64,000 nucleotides of DNA from Marsupella aquatica (taxonomy: Eukaryota > Plantae > Marchantiophyta). Shown piece after piece: positions 25,078-37,687 of the stretch. Every line of letters begins with the position of its first letter. The first letter of the stretch is position 1. The notes beneath the pieces are model-generated. The model made no database searches, was not told where the DNA came from, and saw only the letters and a list, made by a program, of their open reading frames with translations. The stretch is taken from positions 8,515,539 to 8,579,538 of the forward strand of contig OZ316896.1 in the NCBI GenBank assembly GCA_973895155.1, in the 5' to 3' direction. Position numbers and translations under genes: made by a program.

Positions 25078-28000
25078 CTGAACCCAGGGTCTCAGCTCAT
25101 CATAAACTCGTCTCACCTCAAACCCAACCCGACAATGCACCGCAACCCCAACCCAGTGTCTACCCAGGCCCATAGCTCTGCCACCTGGTCTCCCTTTTTA
25201 TTTTATTTTAATAAGAGCCATTATTTTAGCAGAACCATGGGTCTACCATGGAACCTGGCTCCCGAGCGGGAGTGTCTGACCCCCATCCCCCCCCCCCCCC
25301 CTCCAACCAAGAAAAAATCCCAAAACACTTTATGGGCCTGCTCGTCTATAACATTGTGGATATTGTGGGAGGATGCCCAACAGTGGGCACACACGAAATG
25401 CAATCGCCATCCCCAAATGACCAGTGCGGCAATCAAAGGGATTAAACCTGCAACCTGTGTCTACCTGGCCGAGATTTGTGACCACTGGAAATACCCAGGT
25501 TTAGTAGGGTTAGGGTCTCTCAGAAAATGAATAAATAAATAACTACTTTCTGGCCTGGAAACATGGCCAGTACCCGGGGTTCTCACCAAGCCAATTGTAT
25601 TGTAACCCATGAGGTTAGGAACCATAACCCCCAATACTCTTTTTGGTAAAACAACTTGAAACTTTGAGACTCAGGGAGAGGGGATTATGAGAATTAAAAC
25701 CCCATGGCAGGCTGAAAGGGGGTTGCTTGTGGTTACGTATGTAGTAATCAGCATCAAATCTATGGAGGAACGAAAAAGAAAGGTGCATTGAATATTTGCC
25801 GTTAGATTTCTTTTCAAATGCAAGTTCATTCTGCTTTCATTGCACAAATAGGGTTGGGGGAAAGAAATTGGTCAAAGGGACAATCTGTCTTGGACAGATT
25901 TGCGTGTATTTTGTGGAACATAGAAAAGTTGTATATCACAGTGCCCAAGGGCAAAAAACACAGAACGGGGAGACATTTGATCCCAAAGGCAGAGCAACCA
26001 AAATACACCAAATGGGGAAACATGATCCCAAAGACAGAGCAACCCAATGAAGGGGAGGAAAAGAAGAGAAAGGGCCCCAAGAAAAACAAACCAAGGGGTC
26101 CCAACCAAAAGCAAAGACCAAAAAATAACAAAAAGTAACAGGAGCCCTGAAAACTAACACCCAACTGAAAAAAAAAGTCAGCTCGGGAGTAAACCCGCAG
26201 AGAGGAGGGTCACAAAGCTAAATAAAGAATCCTATTCATTTCATTGGTATCACAGCCATAGGAGTTGGTGAGCTTCTGTTGTTTGTGTATCCACACGATT
26301 TGACGGTCTGAATAAGCATTTATCAGGTGCTGGAAAATCGCATTGTGAAATGATCAGAGAAAAGACGCAGGCTCGGCAAGCGTGGAGAAGAATGCAAAGA
26401 AATCTATGTGTTTGAGGCACTTCAGCCAGCGAAGATCCGTGGCGGATCCTTTATCGGAGTCGAAGCCTTCACTGGCGTTAGATGTACTGGAAGCTCTGAG
26501 TTGTTCCCCTTGATCATCTCTGATTGGAGACTGTCAATTCCTACAGAGGTTACTTTTAATGCTTGTAACTTAAAGGCCAAAGTTGAACAAATACTTCTGT
26601 GGTGCCCACAGTCCCATTCCAAGTCAAGACCTGTATCGTTTCGGAAACGTGAATGGTATTGACGAGGTTTCCTTGGAATTTGCAGGTTTTGCGAAGTCTT
26701 CCAAATAATAATTTTTACCGGTCACAAGCTGGCTGACTCTGGGATGTTTAATTCACAGACAATGAAAAGTTTATCATTGTTGGTTGCGAGATGCAAGAGC
26801 TACAGCTAACGTAGGATTGTACACCTTCCATCCTGGCCAGCACCCGCTGCGTAATGGAGGGAGTTTCAAGCAAAGACAGAACGATTCTGGCATTTGCAAG
26901 CCTCGCACCTCACACTTGGCAAGGCAGCCTCTAAAATTTCGGAATATTGTAGAATACCACCAACGTAAGCAGTTTTGTACTGCAGGACTAGTATCTAGGA
27001 TAATCAAGAGAGTTGGCAGAACAAAATAGGTTCGGGTCGGTACCGAGACTCAATACTAGAGATGTAAAGAATATGCTGAAGAGTAAATTTCACTCTTCAC
27101 CAGGCCTCCTTTTGCTATGGACTCAGATCTTGCTACGGTGTTACATTTCCTATCTCGCGCCGTCCAGGGTCTTAGATACGAAACCAATACCTATGGGTGG
27201 AATTCTGGGTGTGAACTTCCTTTCAAAAAAGAATACTACTAGGGTTGCTTTAAGATCATATTTGCAGTAGACTCAACACAAATAATGCGAACTGCATTTT
27301 CGTTCAAATTGAAATCTGGACGAAAACTTCTCTCTTCCTAGTACTACCAAAATCTTTCTTCCGGCCATGGCAATGCCCTTCCAATGCAGTCTGTTTGCAA
27401 TTTGGAGGATGTCGAGTGGAAGAATGTTCAGCGCCTCTCGCGTCATACAGAAAAATGATATTTCCTTAGTTGCTGTGGCTCCTCACGTTATGTTTCTACT
27501 CGTCAACTAGAAGGGAAAACAGAGCGAGGGATCACAATTGCACGTGAAGTACACTCCAAAGTATCCAAGCGATGCGTTGTAGGCCATATGTTGTGCAACT
27601 CGATCAAATGTGACACAAGAACTGCGCCACACGTAGTCACGTAAACCTCTTCAGAAAGCCAGCCCAAGGAAGCACAAACTGGTCATGTTTAGGCTCAACA
27701 TAACTCAATTGACGACATAAGGTTCCTTAAATTTGTCACCAATACAGCCAGCAGCCGTAGTCTACCTTCAATGACGTGTCTCAACCTTTAGACATGGGCA
27801 GTCTAGTAGGAACAAAGAAAATTTGACTGCAGAACCATGCAATTGCGGAAATATACTTTGAGAGAGAAATGAAATTAGATTCAAAGAGCTTGACCGGATG
27901 AAATGTACAGATGTTTTGCAATTGACAACCAGAGATGTGAAGGTTCCAGAATAATTAAGCAGCAGTGAGTGACACACCTTAAAATTGGGCGCAACAAGTT

Positions 28001-28277
28001 TATGCTTTGTAGAGGTCGAGATTGGTGGGGCCGGCTGTCCATTTCCTCAGATGAGCAAGCATTGAAGACAATTCTTTCGTGCCATGCGGGGCATTGTCTT
28101 GCTCATTCAGACCATCCTCATCTGCCATTTTTCATTTGACAGCTATCGCCACACCTGCTTTCCGCCCATTCAATTCAGTCGTCGTCCTTCCCGTGTCCCT
28201 TTGAACATGTTGCTCAAAAGGGGTCAAGAGATAGTGGTGTCCTCTACAACAATTCAGATAGAGACTGTGCTGCTCTT

Positions 28278-31200
28278 TCAGAAAGTCGAGGTATATTCCC
28301 CTGGGTAAGACGTTTTTAGAATTGAAATTTGGCCTTCTTTTTCCATGATCTCCTCTTCTAGTTCGTGGACTCGATTCCTCATCTCTTCTGCTTGCTGTTC
28401 AATGAGCAATGCTTCCTGGCCTTTGGCCTGCATTTCGGCCATTTCAAGCCTTGCTTCATTAATTTCTGCATCCATCGAACTCAGTTTGTCTTCCAAGTCC
28501 TGGATTATAATCTTCGACTGCCGTACTTGGTCATCCAATCGATGTTCTTTATATTGGGCCCTGTTCAAAGACAATAGGAGCTGCTCCTTTTCCTCCAATA
28601 TAAAATCTTGGCCTTCGATTGTTTTGCCAAGATGTTGAGTCAGCCTCTCCATGGAAGCTTCCCTTTCTTGTAACTCGTGCTCTATTTCTTCCAGCTTTGA
28701 CTTGAGAGCAGTGCAACGAAGACGGTAGGTTTCTCCTTCTTTCCTTCTTTCAACAACCTCTTGTGAAAATGCAAGAGTTTCTGCTGATAGTTTTTCAGCT
28801 TCAGCAGACTTTTCATCGACACATCGCTGCAAGCGCTCTATTGTCACTTTCAATCCCGCGATCTGCAAAGGAATAATACTTAGCAATCTACTTTCTTACA
28901 AACCCCTTGGATCATGGGAGTGAATTTCTATCCTTATTCAGTCTTCTTAGTTTGTCAATCAGCATCAGCAGGACGACCAGATGGAAAACAAAAGGAAAAT
29001 AGAGGCGGCATGCGCAAATTGACCATTCGACGTCTAAGTGTTGTGCTCATCTTCCGCTTCTAAGAATCACGAAATCCATTACGTACAAGATAATGAAGTT
29101 CGACAGGAAAAAAGAGTGCTCAGAGCATCCTAGGCATGGCATACAGGCACGGCTCTGCCTACCTCATCCTCCTTACGTTCTGAGAAAGCTATGAGATCCT
29201 CATTAACGCTGATAAGTTCTGTGATATGACGTTGCTGCTCGTCCATTTCCTTCCTCATGGCTTGCATGCTATTGAGGAGCTCTAACTTCTCTCGTCCATT
29301 CTCAATAGTATCATTCTTGTTGGTCTCGATCTGACTTCTAAGCTGCTCAATTTGTAGCTTGTTTTCCTTCGCTTCTGCTTCCAGATCTGATACTAATTTC
29401 TCTTTCCTCACGATCTCTTCGTTCAAAATATTTACTGCATCCTGAAGGCTTAATGCCTAGTTGGCAAGGGCAAGGGCAAGGAGTTTATTATCGAAAATTC
29501 AAACTCTTCGTTAACCAGTATTGCTAGGAAAGAAAAAACGACAAAGGAGACAATAAGAAGGGAATATGCGAATCAGTTGTCTGTACTGAGCATGTGAAGT
29601 GAAATGAGCCCAGCACAGGCAACAATAGATTGAGCAAATCTGAAGAGAAAGAACGACTGAAACCTCAAACTTGCTGGAACACCAAAGTTTTGGAGACACT
29701 TCCAATATTTCTCCCTAAGACAAGAAGAGGCGCTTACTTCGTTTTTCACGTCTTCTAATTGCTGCTCCAAGGTCCACACTAAGCTTTTGTAGCGCGATGT
29801 TATCTCTGTTAAGCTTGTCTCGGTTTGTGACATATCATTAGAAAGGTCTAAGTTCAACTTCTGTGTGTAGTTGATAATATGATCCGTTCTTGCAAGCTCT
29901 TGGGCATGTTCCGCTTTCATTTTGGATAAGTACTGAGATCCAGACTCTAGTTCCTTTGTGAGCAACAGATTGGAACTTATCTGTTCTTCAATTTTCATCT
30001 CTGCAGCTTGCAAGGCTGTTGTAAGATATTCTGTATCAGCCATAATAACTTCAGGCTGATCCCCTTCCCCCTGGATTGACTGTTTAGCTCCATACTTCAG
30101 TCGGTTTGTAAGTTTGGAACTTATCTGTTCTTCAATTTTCTTTTCTGCAGCTTGCAAGGCTGTAGTAAGATTTTCTGAATCAGCCATGATATGTTCAGGT
30201 CGATCCTCTTCCCCCTTGATTGACGGTTTAGTTCCATACTTCAGTCGCTTTGTTGAGAATAGACTAGTGTTATCGTACTTTGTTTCCAGCTGTTGTGCTT
30301 GCTCCACATCTTTGGTGGTGGCAGCAGCTTTGTCCACAGAGTCCGTGTTTTGGAACTTCTGTACCAGCCTTTGCAAAGGATAACAGTTGTGGATTGTCCT
30401 TTCGTGTTTGAGGAGGACCTGCATAATGGAATGCACTGCTTCAGAAGTCCTGGAATTTCAATTTCGTAGATTTTGCAGGTATACAATTAGAAATGTTCTT
30501 GCGAATGTATTCAAACCATTGACCTGCCAGTCATGAGTGCATCCACACTAAGTCACGTCCCATGATGATTGTGAACTGGCAGACGCTAGTAATTCTCGGA
30601 ATCGAAGGCATAGGGTTTAGATGACCAAACCAACCTCATCAGATTGAGTTTTAGCATGAAGATCACGGCAGAGCTCTCCAAGTTGTTGGCTCATTTCTTT
30701 TAGCATATCTAAATACAAATTCTTTACGTCTTCTTTAGCTTGAGAATTGTTGGCATCTTCCTTCTCATATCTACGTTTGAAATTTTCCAATTTTTCTTCT
30801 TGTTCCCAAAATATACGAGAGAGCTTGTGGACTGCGGTCTTGAGAACTCGTAATTGACCTGAATCAATGAATCCAGTCACATGCTCTAAAACATGAATCA
30901 CATAAACACGAATCACGTAAGAATCCTCTATGTTTTGAGATGGACAAGAGCAAGCCCTGCTGCTAAGTCTTTATCTTACAACATAGTTTGACTACAGACG
31001 AGAAACGCCTTATAGGAAATGCAATGTGGCATAAATTTTCCCAGATGAGAGCCTGATAGTAGACACATCAGCACTAATGCCGTTCAACGGTAAGAAAACA
31101 AACTAAAAATGGAGGATTTTTAATGCCTTTGTCATTAGAAGACTATTGTCTTCACGAACCTTCATCAGAGTTCAGATCAACCGATAAAGGAATATCCTCT

Positions 31201-31997
31201 TGTCCGGCGTTTCGTTCCTGGTAATCCATTCGTTCCATTTGACCAGTGCCATTTTCCATAAACGTCGGAGCAGCACTCTTGTCCCGACTTTCGTCCGGAA
31301 TTGGCACCCAACCTCTGCAGTCCTCAGAGGACAATCATGTTATTGAACCAATTGATCCATGAACTGACAACAAAAGTTTAAGAATCTTCTTAGAACCCTG
31401 TGAAATGCTACCGACGGAAGCACTTAAAGTTCTGCTCCAAATGGGCATCTGACGTCGTGGCCCATGGTTTTGTGTAAATTTAAATCACCAGATTCCTGCT
31501 TGCAGGATTCATCATATTTTTCATTTCCCTCAGAATAGGAATACCTTTTGTGGACTTTTAAGGTAAAGTTGAGTCAACACAAACTAAGATAATTTTTAAG
31601 AGTTAAAACTTGCAGCAAGGACCATCAGCGAGTGAAATAATTACCTGTCGTCCACGTCAAGCTCGCTTGTCCCGTAAGGGCGGATACCATTACGCTCAAA
31701 TCTGTCGACTTCACCATTGGAGTTTTGCTTTGAGGCATTTTGTCTTGCATGTGTGGTGATGTTCTTCATCTCCTCAAATGAATTGGCGAGTTCTGGTTCC
31801 ATCTCGTCCGGGATCACCTCTGGCGTAGTAGGGTTCCTATCAGAAATAAGGTGCAATGGAGAGATGCCTTCCAGGGGTGTCTCAAAGCCTGACAAGGAAT
31901 GGACGGACCAATCCATATCTGCGACTACTGGTCGTGATGTTGGTAATCTTAGTGAAAGTGGTGATCCTGGAGACAACTGAAAGGCACTCCGAAGCAT
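28278..31997 (-). CDS. Long coiled-coil protein of unknown function (gene B, ~760 aa, 6 exons)
   Basis: Phase-consistent exons ~31997-31645, ~31316-31160, ~30858-30634, ~30418-29738, ~29441-29163 and 28862-28278. E/K/Q/L heptad-rich; ends LEEEIMEKEGQISILKTSYPGEYTSTF*. Confidence 0.75.
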
Positions 31998-32251
31998 TAG
32001 TCTACCCGCATCTCATAAAGGTCTAGGATGAATGGAAGTATCTGCTGAACTCTTTTAGAAATAGAATGCATTACAGTCAAGGAAACCTACTTCACGCAGG
32101 ATTTAAGACTGACGAACAATTTATGAGAGGGTACAGAAGAAGATTAGCAGTGTGCATTGAAGTGGACGTAACGAATAATGAAAACAGCAAAATAATCTCT
32201 AGCCCAAAGGGAAAACTTTCAATTCTCTACTCAATTGACCGCATTGATCCG

Positions 32252-35200
32252 CTAAGACAGTCCAAACTTTTGCAATACATATTGTAAGGACTTGGCCGCT
32301 ATGACAACGATGAGTCAAAGAACAGCTTTGTAAAGTCACGTTTTAGACCAGGGAGGACAGGTGGATGGGACTTGTATAGGTAGGAAGATGAGAATTATTC
32401 TCTTCTCCAGGTCAAGCCAATTAAAGACCACAATTAGTCTTGTATTTACCCTTTTCAAAGGCAAGATCTGGCCACGACCTCATATATGAAGTCATCCATG
32501 ATATCAGAGTATGGAACATGTCTGGGCCCTGGACCTGCGCTTCGCTCTGCACACCAGGACTGCAGACTTCTGCCGTCCCTTTGTTCCAGAATTAGATGTT
32601 CAAACAAAACCAATAATCAGAAATTCCTAAGAAGGAAATTCGCACACCCTGACCACACAGCTTGGTTTAAAGTATTGTGGTCGTAATAGCATTCTAGAAG
32701 ATTCAAGTGAACACGACACTTTAAATATTCGCGGGTAATTGGGTCACGATGGCGCTCGAGCAATAATAGGTAATCCTCTTCAGAATCGTTCAAGTATGTT
32801 TCACCTGTGTCTAAGATGTGATGCTCAATCCCTCCCTGTAACTGAGAACCGTCCAGCCAGTGTTTTCCTAGAAGTCTCCCGTCAAAAAGTAATTGACCTG
32901 ACACAATGTACGAACCTTCAATTTTGGGCTGTCAGGTCTCTTACTGTCCCGCTGCTGAAGTTCAACTCTCAAATGGGCAACCTCGTTCTTCAATTTTTCG
33001 ATTTCAAATTCTTTCGAAAAATCAGGCCTGCTTGGAGAAGTGCAGACGTCTTGGCATGTTCGGGGTCCTCCCTTCGTCTCCACGAAAATTGGAAACGTGT
33101 AGAATGACTTCCCCTCCTCATATATAGGAGATTTGTACAACGAATTGAACCCTCGAGGGCAATCTCCCAAATTTTCTTCAAGTCGTTTAAAGAAACCATC
33201 GATATTTCCGATTGCTCTTGTCCTCCCTAAGGTGTCTTGTACTTCCATCTTGTATCTCTCCAACAGCTCCAACCTTCTACCAAGCTCCTCAACAGCATCT
33301 TCAGCCATCTTCCAGGTCTTCTCTTGCTGTTGAATCATTCTGCGTAGCTTTGCTTTAGTGTCTTTCTTCCACTGGCTTGGGAATTTCATTGGCTGACCAC
33401 CATTTACATGAGACCTTTGTGCACAGCTCTCTAGAGCAAGACCTGCCGACTTCCTGAAATCGAAGGCATTCTCCTTGCAGTCTAATGAATCGTCTGCTGT
33501 CCACCCACAATCATCAGGGGATTCTGGGTTCTCTCTAAACTGGAGGTCTATAGAGTCCAATCTACTACCCAGTGGAGAGACGTCGAGGACAGTCCTATTT
33601 TCTCCGTCTCTTCCATTGCGCCTCTCAACTTTCACAGACAGAGGCCCATCTGCTGACTTCCAGTGGCGCACCCTTAAGATATTTATTGGGGAGAGGGGTC
33701 GCTTTTTTTCATTTTTCATGCTCGTCGTCTCATTACTCGTGACCCTCATACATGGTGCGTCCCTTTCCTCATTTATGCTGATGGATGAAGTTGACTTCCA
33801 GTCCTCTCCAAAGCAGTCTTCTTCCTGCTTATAATTAGAAATTTCAGGATCACACGTACCAGAAAATTGGGATTGCTCATCCGGTGGCTCTTCAAATTCC
33901 TGCAAGGTCCCCAATCTGCTTCTGTCCCTATCGTCTAAGGCCAATTCCTGGTCAGGCCTCGAACGAAAGGACGTTCTGAAACTCACTCCACTGCGTGGAA
34001 CCCTCTGTCCATCCTGTGAACAACGTCATGCGGGTGACTCTTCAGTCATTAATGTCCCATATTTAGCACTAAAAGTGACAGTGGGACATTCCAGTCAGCT
34101 TCGTTCCTATCTTACACTTGCCCATACCATGGAATTCACACGTCAAGCCATGACATTATTCTGTTTAAAGGACCAAAACCACAGCTGGAAGATGACTTGC
34201 TTCCTTGAACAGAATCTACCTCAGTTTTGGTATCTAGATTTTTCCTTGCCAAACCTAAACCCATTGGGGGTCTGACATCCACTTTCTTTTTCTGTTGTAG
34301 GTCTGCGAGCCCATTGTTAGACTTCTCTAGCTCCATAAGCTGCTGCAATTTTTTCATATCTGTGTTGTTTTGTTCAAGTTCTTCCTTGAATCTTGAGTAA
34401 AACCAGTTTCGTTCGTCCAACAGACTGCGCAATCTCTCCTCCGCAGCCTTGTCAAACAGTATCAGAACTTTAGAACAATATCGAACATACTTGTTATGCT
34501 ACAAGCCCTAAATCATCTTCTACAAACAAGGGACGGTGAGCACTGAATGAAGTCAAGTTTTGGGCTACCTTGGCAGACGCTTCAAACCTTGACGCCTTGG
34601 CTTCGGCAGCTATTCGCTTCTCTGATTCAGTCATCAACTGCAGATGTGCTTCATCATGCCCTGTACCAAGGCCGTGAGGTGCTTCAGCATGCATAGACAG
34701 CCCGTCAAGCCTATGGTCTTGTAGCGTGTTCTTGCTTGGCAACGCCCTTGTCCCCACTGGCAATGAATCTTGGAAACTCCTTCGTACCTCTCTAAGCTCA
34801 CTCTCTGTTGACTCCAGTTTGAGCTTCTCTAGATGTAGCAGTTCTTGCAACCTCAACCTATCAGTAGCACCCTTTTCAAGTTCCTCCTTGAACTTGCAAT
34901 GAAATAAGGCCCTCTCATCAAGTAGAACTCGAAGTCCCTCTTCTGCAGCCTAGGAACAAGGTCAAAGCCGTTAGAAACCTCTAAAAGGGGAAAAAGCTCC
35001 ACAGAAAAAAATGGATACGTTCGCAGAAACAAATTGCGAAAATCTGGCTGGGAGTCCCACATTATTTGCATCCTTCTCTTATACCAACCAGATGAGGCTG
35101 ACCTTGGCTGAGGCTTCATATATGTGAGCTTTCTCTTCTGCAGTTACTCTGGCCTTTTCTTCGGCAGCTACTCGGGCCACGGTTTGATCTTCCAGTTCCC

Positions 35201-37687
35201 TCTGAAGACATTCTTCTCGAGCTACCAGAGCCCTCAGGTTCTCCTGATCTTTATGTATGTTTTGAAAGATAGAATCTGTAGGAGCTTTGTTCCTGCAATC
35301 CTCTTCAACCCCCTTCTTCATTCCTAAACGTACCTTCCAGAGACATGAATGGGCCTTCCCTTCCGCAGAAAATGGAAGAGGAGTGTTTGCCTTCGAGTCT
35401 CCATGAAGGGTTTCGGAGGGAAATGCCTGATCAGTGCATTTGTGACCTGAGGAAAAATTCACACAATAGTCTCCCAAACCCCTCTTCGTTCCGAGATTTG
35501 TATTCCAAGCTGCTTCGACTGCCTCTCTAAGTCTGTTATGGGAGGAATAGTCTTCTGTTTCGTTCTCTGCGATTCTTGGGGAAAAACAATTGTGAGGATC
35601 CTCTTGCAAGCTCTCACATCTCGGGTCATATGTTCCGATTCTGTCATGCTCAAGTGAGATGTGCTGCTGACCTCTATTTGAACCTAAGGATGGGGTCCAT
35701 GCTTTCTCCGCGGGCTCTGCGAGAATTGCTTTTCTGGAGGTTTCTATGCGTGCTTGCAGACCGGTCTGGCTTTCCGACCTTTGCTCTCTTGATTTGTTTG
35801 TATCCTCGCTCTCCTTTTCCTCCATGCAGATGTCTTGAAGGCATGACTTTTCGTTAGGCATATTGCTGTGTCTTTCTTCTACGTCCTGTTTGCATCAACA
35901 TAGTAAAATGAGTCCAATCAGCCATGTGATTACTTTCTACGCCGTAGTAGTAGTAGTAACAGTTGCACTGAGGTTGTGAAATTTGATTCTTTGCTTAATA
36001 AAGAGGTGTGTAAATATTTATTGAGACAAGAACCTGCTCTTCAATTCTCGATTCAGAGTCCATCTCGTACACACATTCAGGCTGAACGCTAGCTTCAAGC
36101 CTCGTGTTAAGGCGGCACGAGTTGTTTCGTGGTTTTCTGTCAATTTTGTCCCAGGCTCTTGCGTCTCTGGAAGCTTGCTGACGGGAAGCCCTTGCTCCAC
36201 AGCCCTTTTTGTGTGGTTTTGCTCGTGGGGACCGTTCTTTCTGTTGAGGATCACTTTCGGTACTACTGCTACTATTTGTCGGTGTACTTTTATGCACTGA
36301 TACCTGCACTGAACTGCGAACAGAGTCCTCGGAGGGAGTCCTAGCTCTACATGGTTTTAAGTCCCGTCGTCTCGTTGATGGCCACGAAGGGCATACCAAA
36401 CAGCCTTGTGGCCTTACTACACGCTGCGATTTACAAATTTGCTGATTCGAAGGCTCAATTGTGGAAGCCGAGTCTCCGTTTTCTATCATTCTCGTCTTCC
36501 GTATTGTCAAACGAACGCCAGGGCTACTCTGGCATTTCACTGAAAGCAAAGAGACAGTACGAGCGCTATCATCTGTCATTGAATTGTCCTCAGAGAGAGA
36601 GTTACTAGGACTACTATTGTTTCGAAAGGCCCTCGTCTTCTCACACTTCTGCAACAACATGGCTCTGTCCCTAGTTGGTCTTGACTTGATTTTCCGACGG
36701 CAAACATCTTCCGAGGAGGTTGAATCGTGCGAGTCATCTCCGTCTCTTCGCCATAATAACTTTCTTGCACGTCTAATCGCCCGTTGTTCACTAGTGATGG
36801 GACGCATATACCCAGAATCGGGGGATCTAGGCTCTCTTCCACTTATCCTTGTTTTGCTTCCTACAAGATTCTCCCCTCTCTTTTTCTGCCACTGGTTAAC
36901 TTCTCGATCCGGACCATGGTCTATCTGATCCTTTAACCATAAAATGTTCTGCATGTATCTTTGTGCGGCCTCCACATCTCCGACATATGTTCCATTCTGC
37001 AGAGACTGTGATGGATTCTGTACACGATCGTGAAGAGTGTGAATTAATTGCGGCAAGACAGAGGGTCCCCGTAAGGCTACCGCTGGACAAATGGTCGTTG
37101 AATTTGTATTTGGTAATGCTTGGACAGGACTATTAGCCGTGATTGCAAGCTTAGTCGTAGCTGGTCCAGGTATTTCACCAGCTGCTCCTTCACAACACTG
37201 GGAATTAGTGTGGGAGAATGGGCTGGTGGGAGCAACGTAATGGTGATGATAGTGGTGCATGTGCACCTCCACAGGTCGATCGGATACAGACCCCTGCAAA
37301 GTGGCAGACACATTGAATTTGAATTATTCGTGGCTCTTATAAATCTGTCTGTTATAAATGTGACGAGGAACTGTTGCAACTCGAGTCACCAAATTGAACC
37401 TAATAATAGTCAGCGTCACTGTTTGACATCTTCCTGACTAGGAAACATAAAAATAACAGTTTGGCTTTTCCATCTATCGCAAGGTGATTGGCAGGAACTT
37501 AAAATGTCCGTTCACAAGATACCTGCGGACGGAAAATATCATTCGGCAGGTCACGAGGACTGTATCCAAGATAATTACAAGCGGCCAGCTGGGCCTGCTG
37601 TGCCAAATCCAGGGCCGGCGTCCTGCATCCAGGATGGATGTTGTGGTTGGTGGCAATTCCGATGTCGCTATGAACTTCATTGGGAGA
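32252..37687 (-). CDS. Large disordered/coiled-coil protein of unknown function (gene A, ~1400 aa; 5' exons unresolved)
   Basis: Phase-consistent exons 37687-37523, 37293-36034, 35885-35103, ~34949-34569, ~34448-34142, ~34013-32916, ~32836-32804, ~32579-32449 and ~32298-32252 (ends AAKSLQYVLQKFGLS*). The start probably lies upstream, at 37.8-38.9 kb. Confidence 0.7.

Noticed and set aside
25796-26164. Several 75-110 aa ORFs on both strands
   Set aside because: Low-complexity, compositionally skewed repeat-like DNA with no homology signal.
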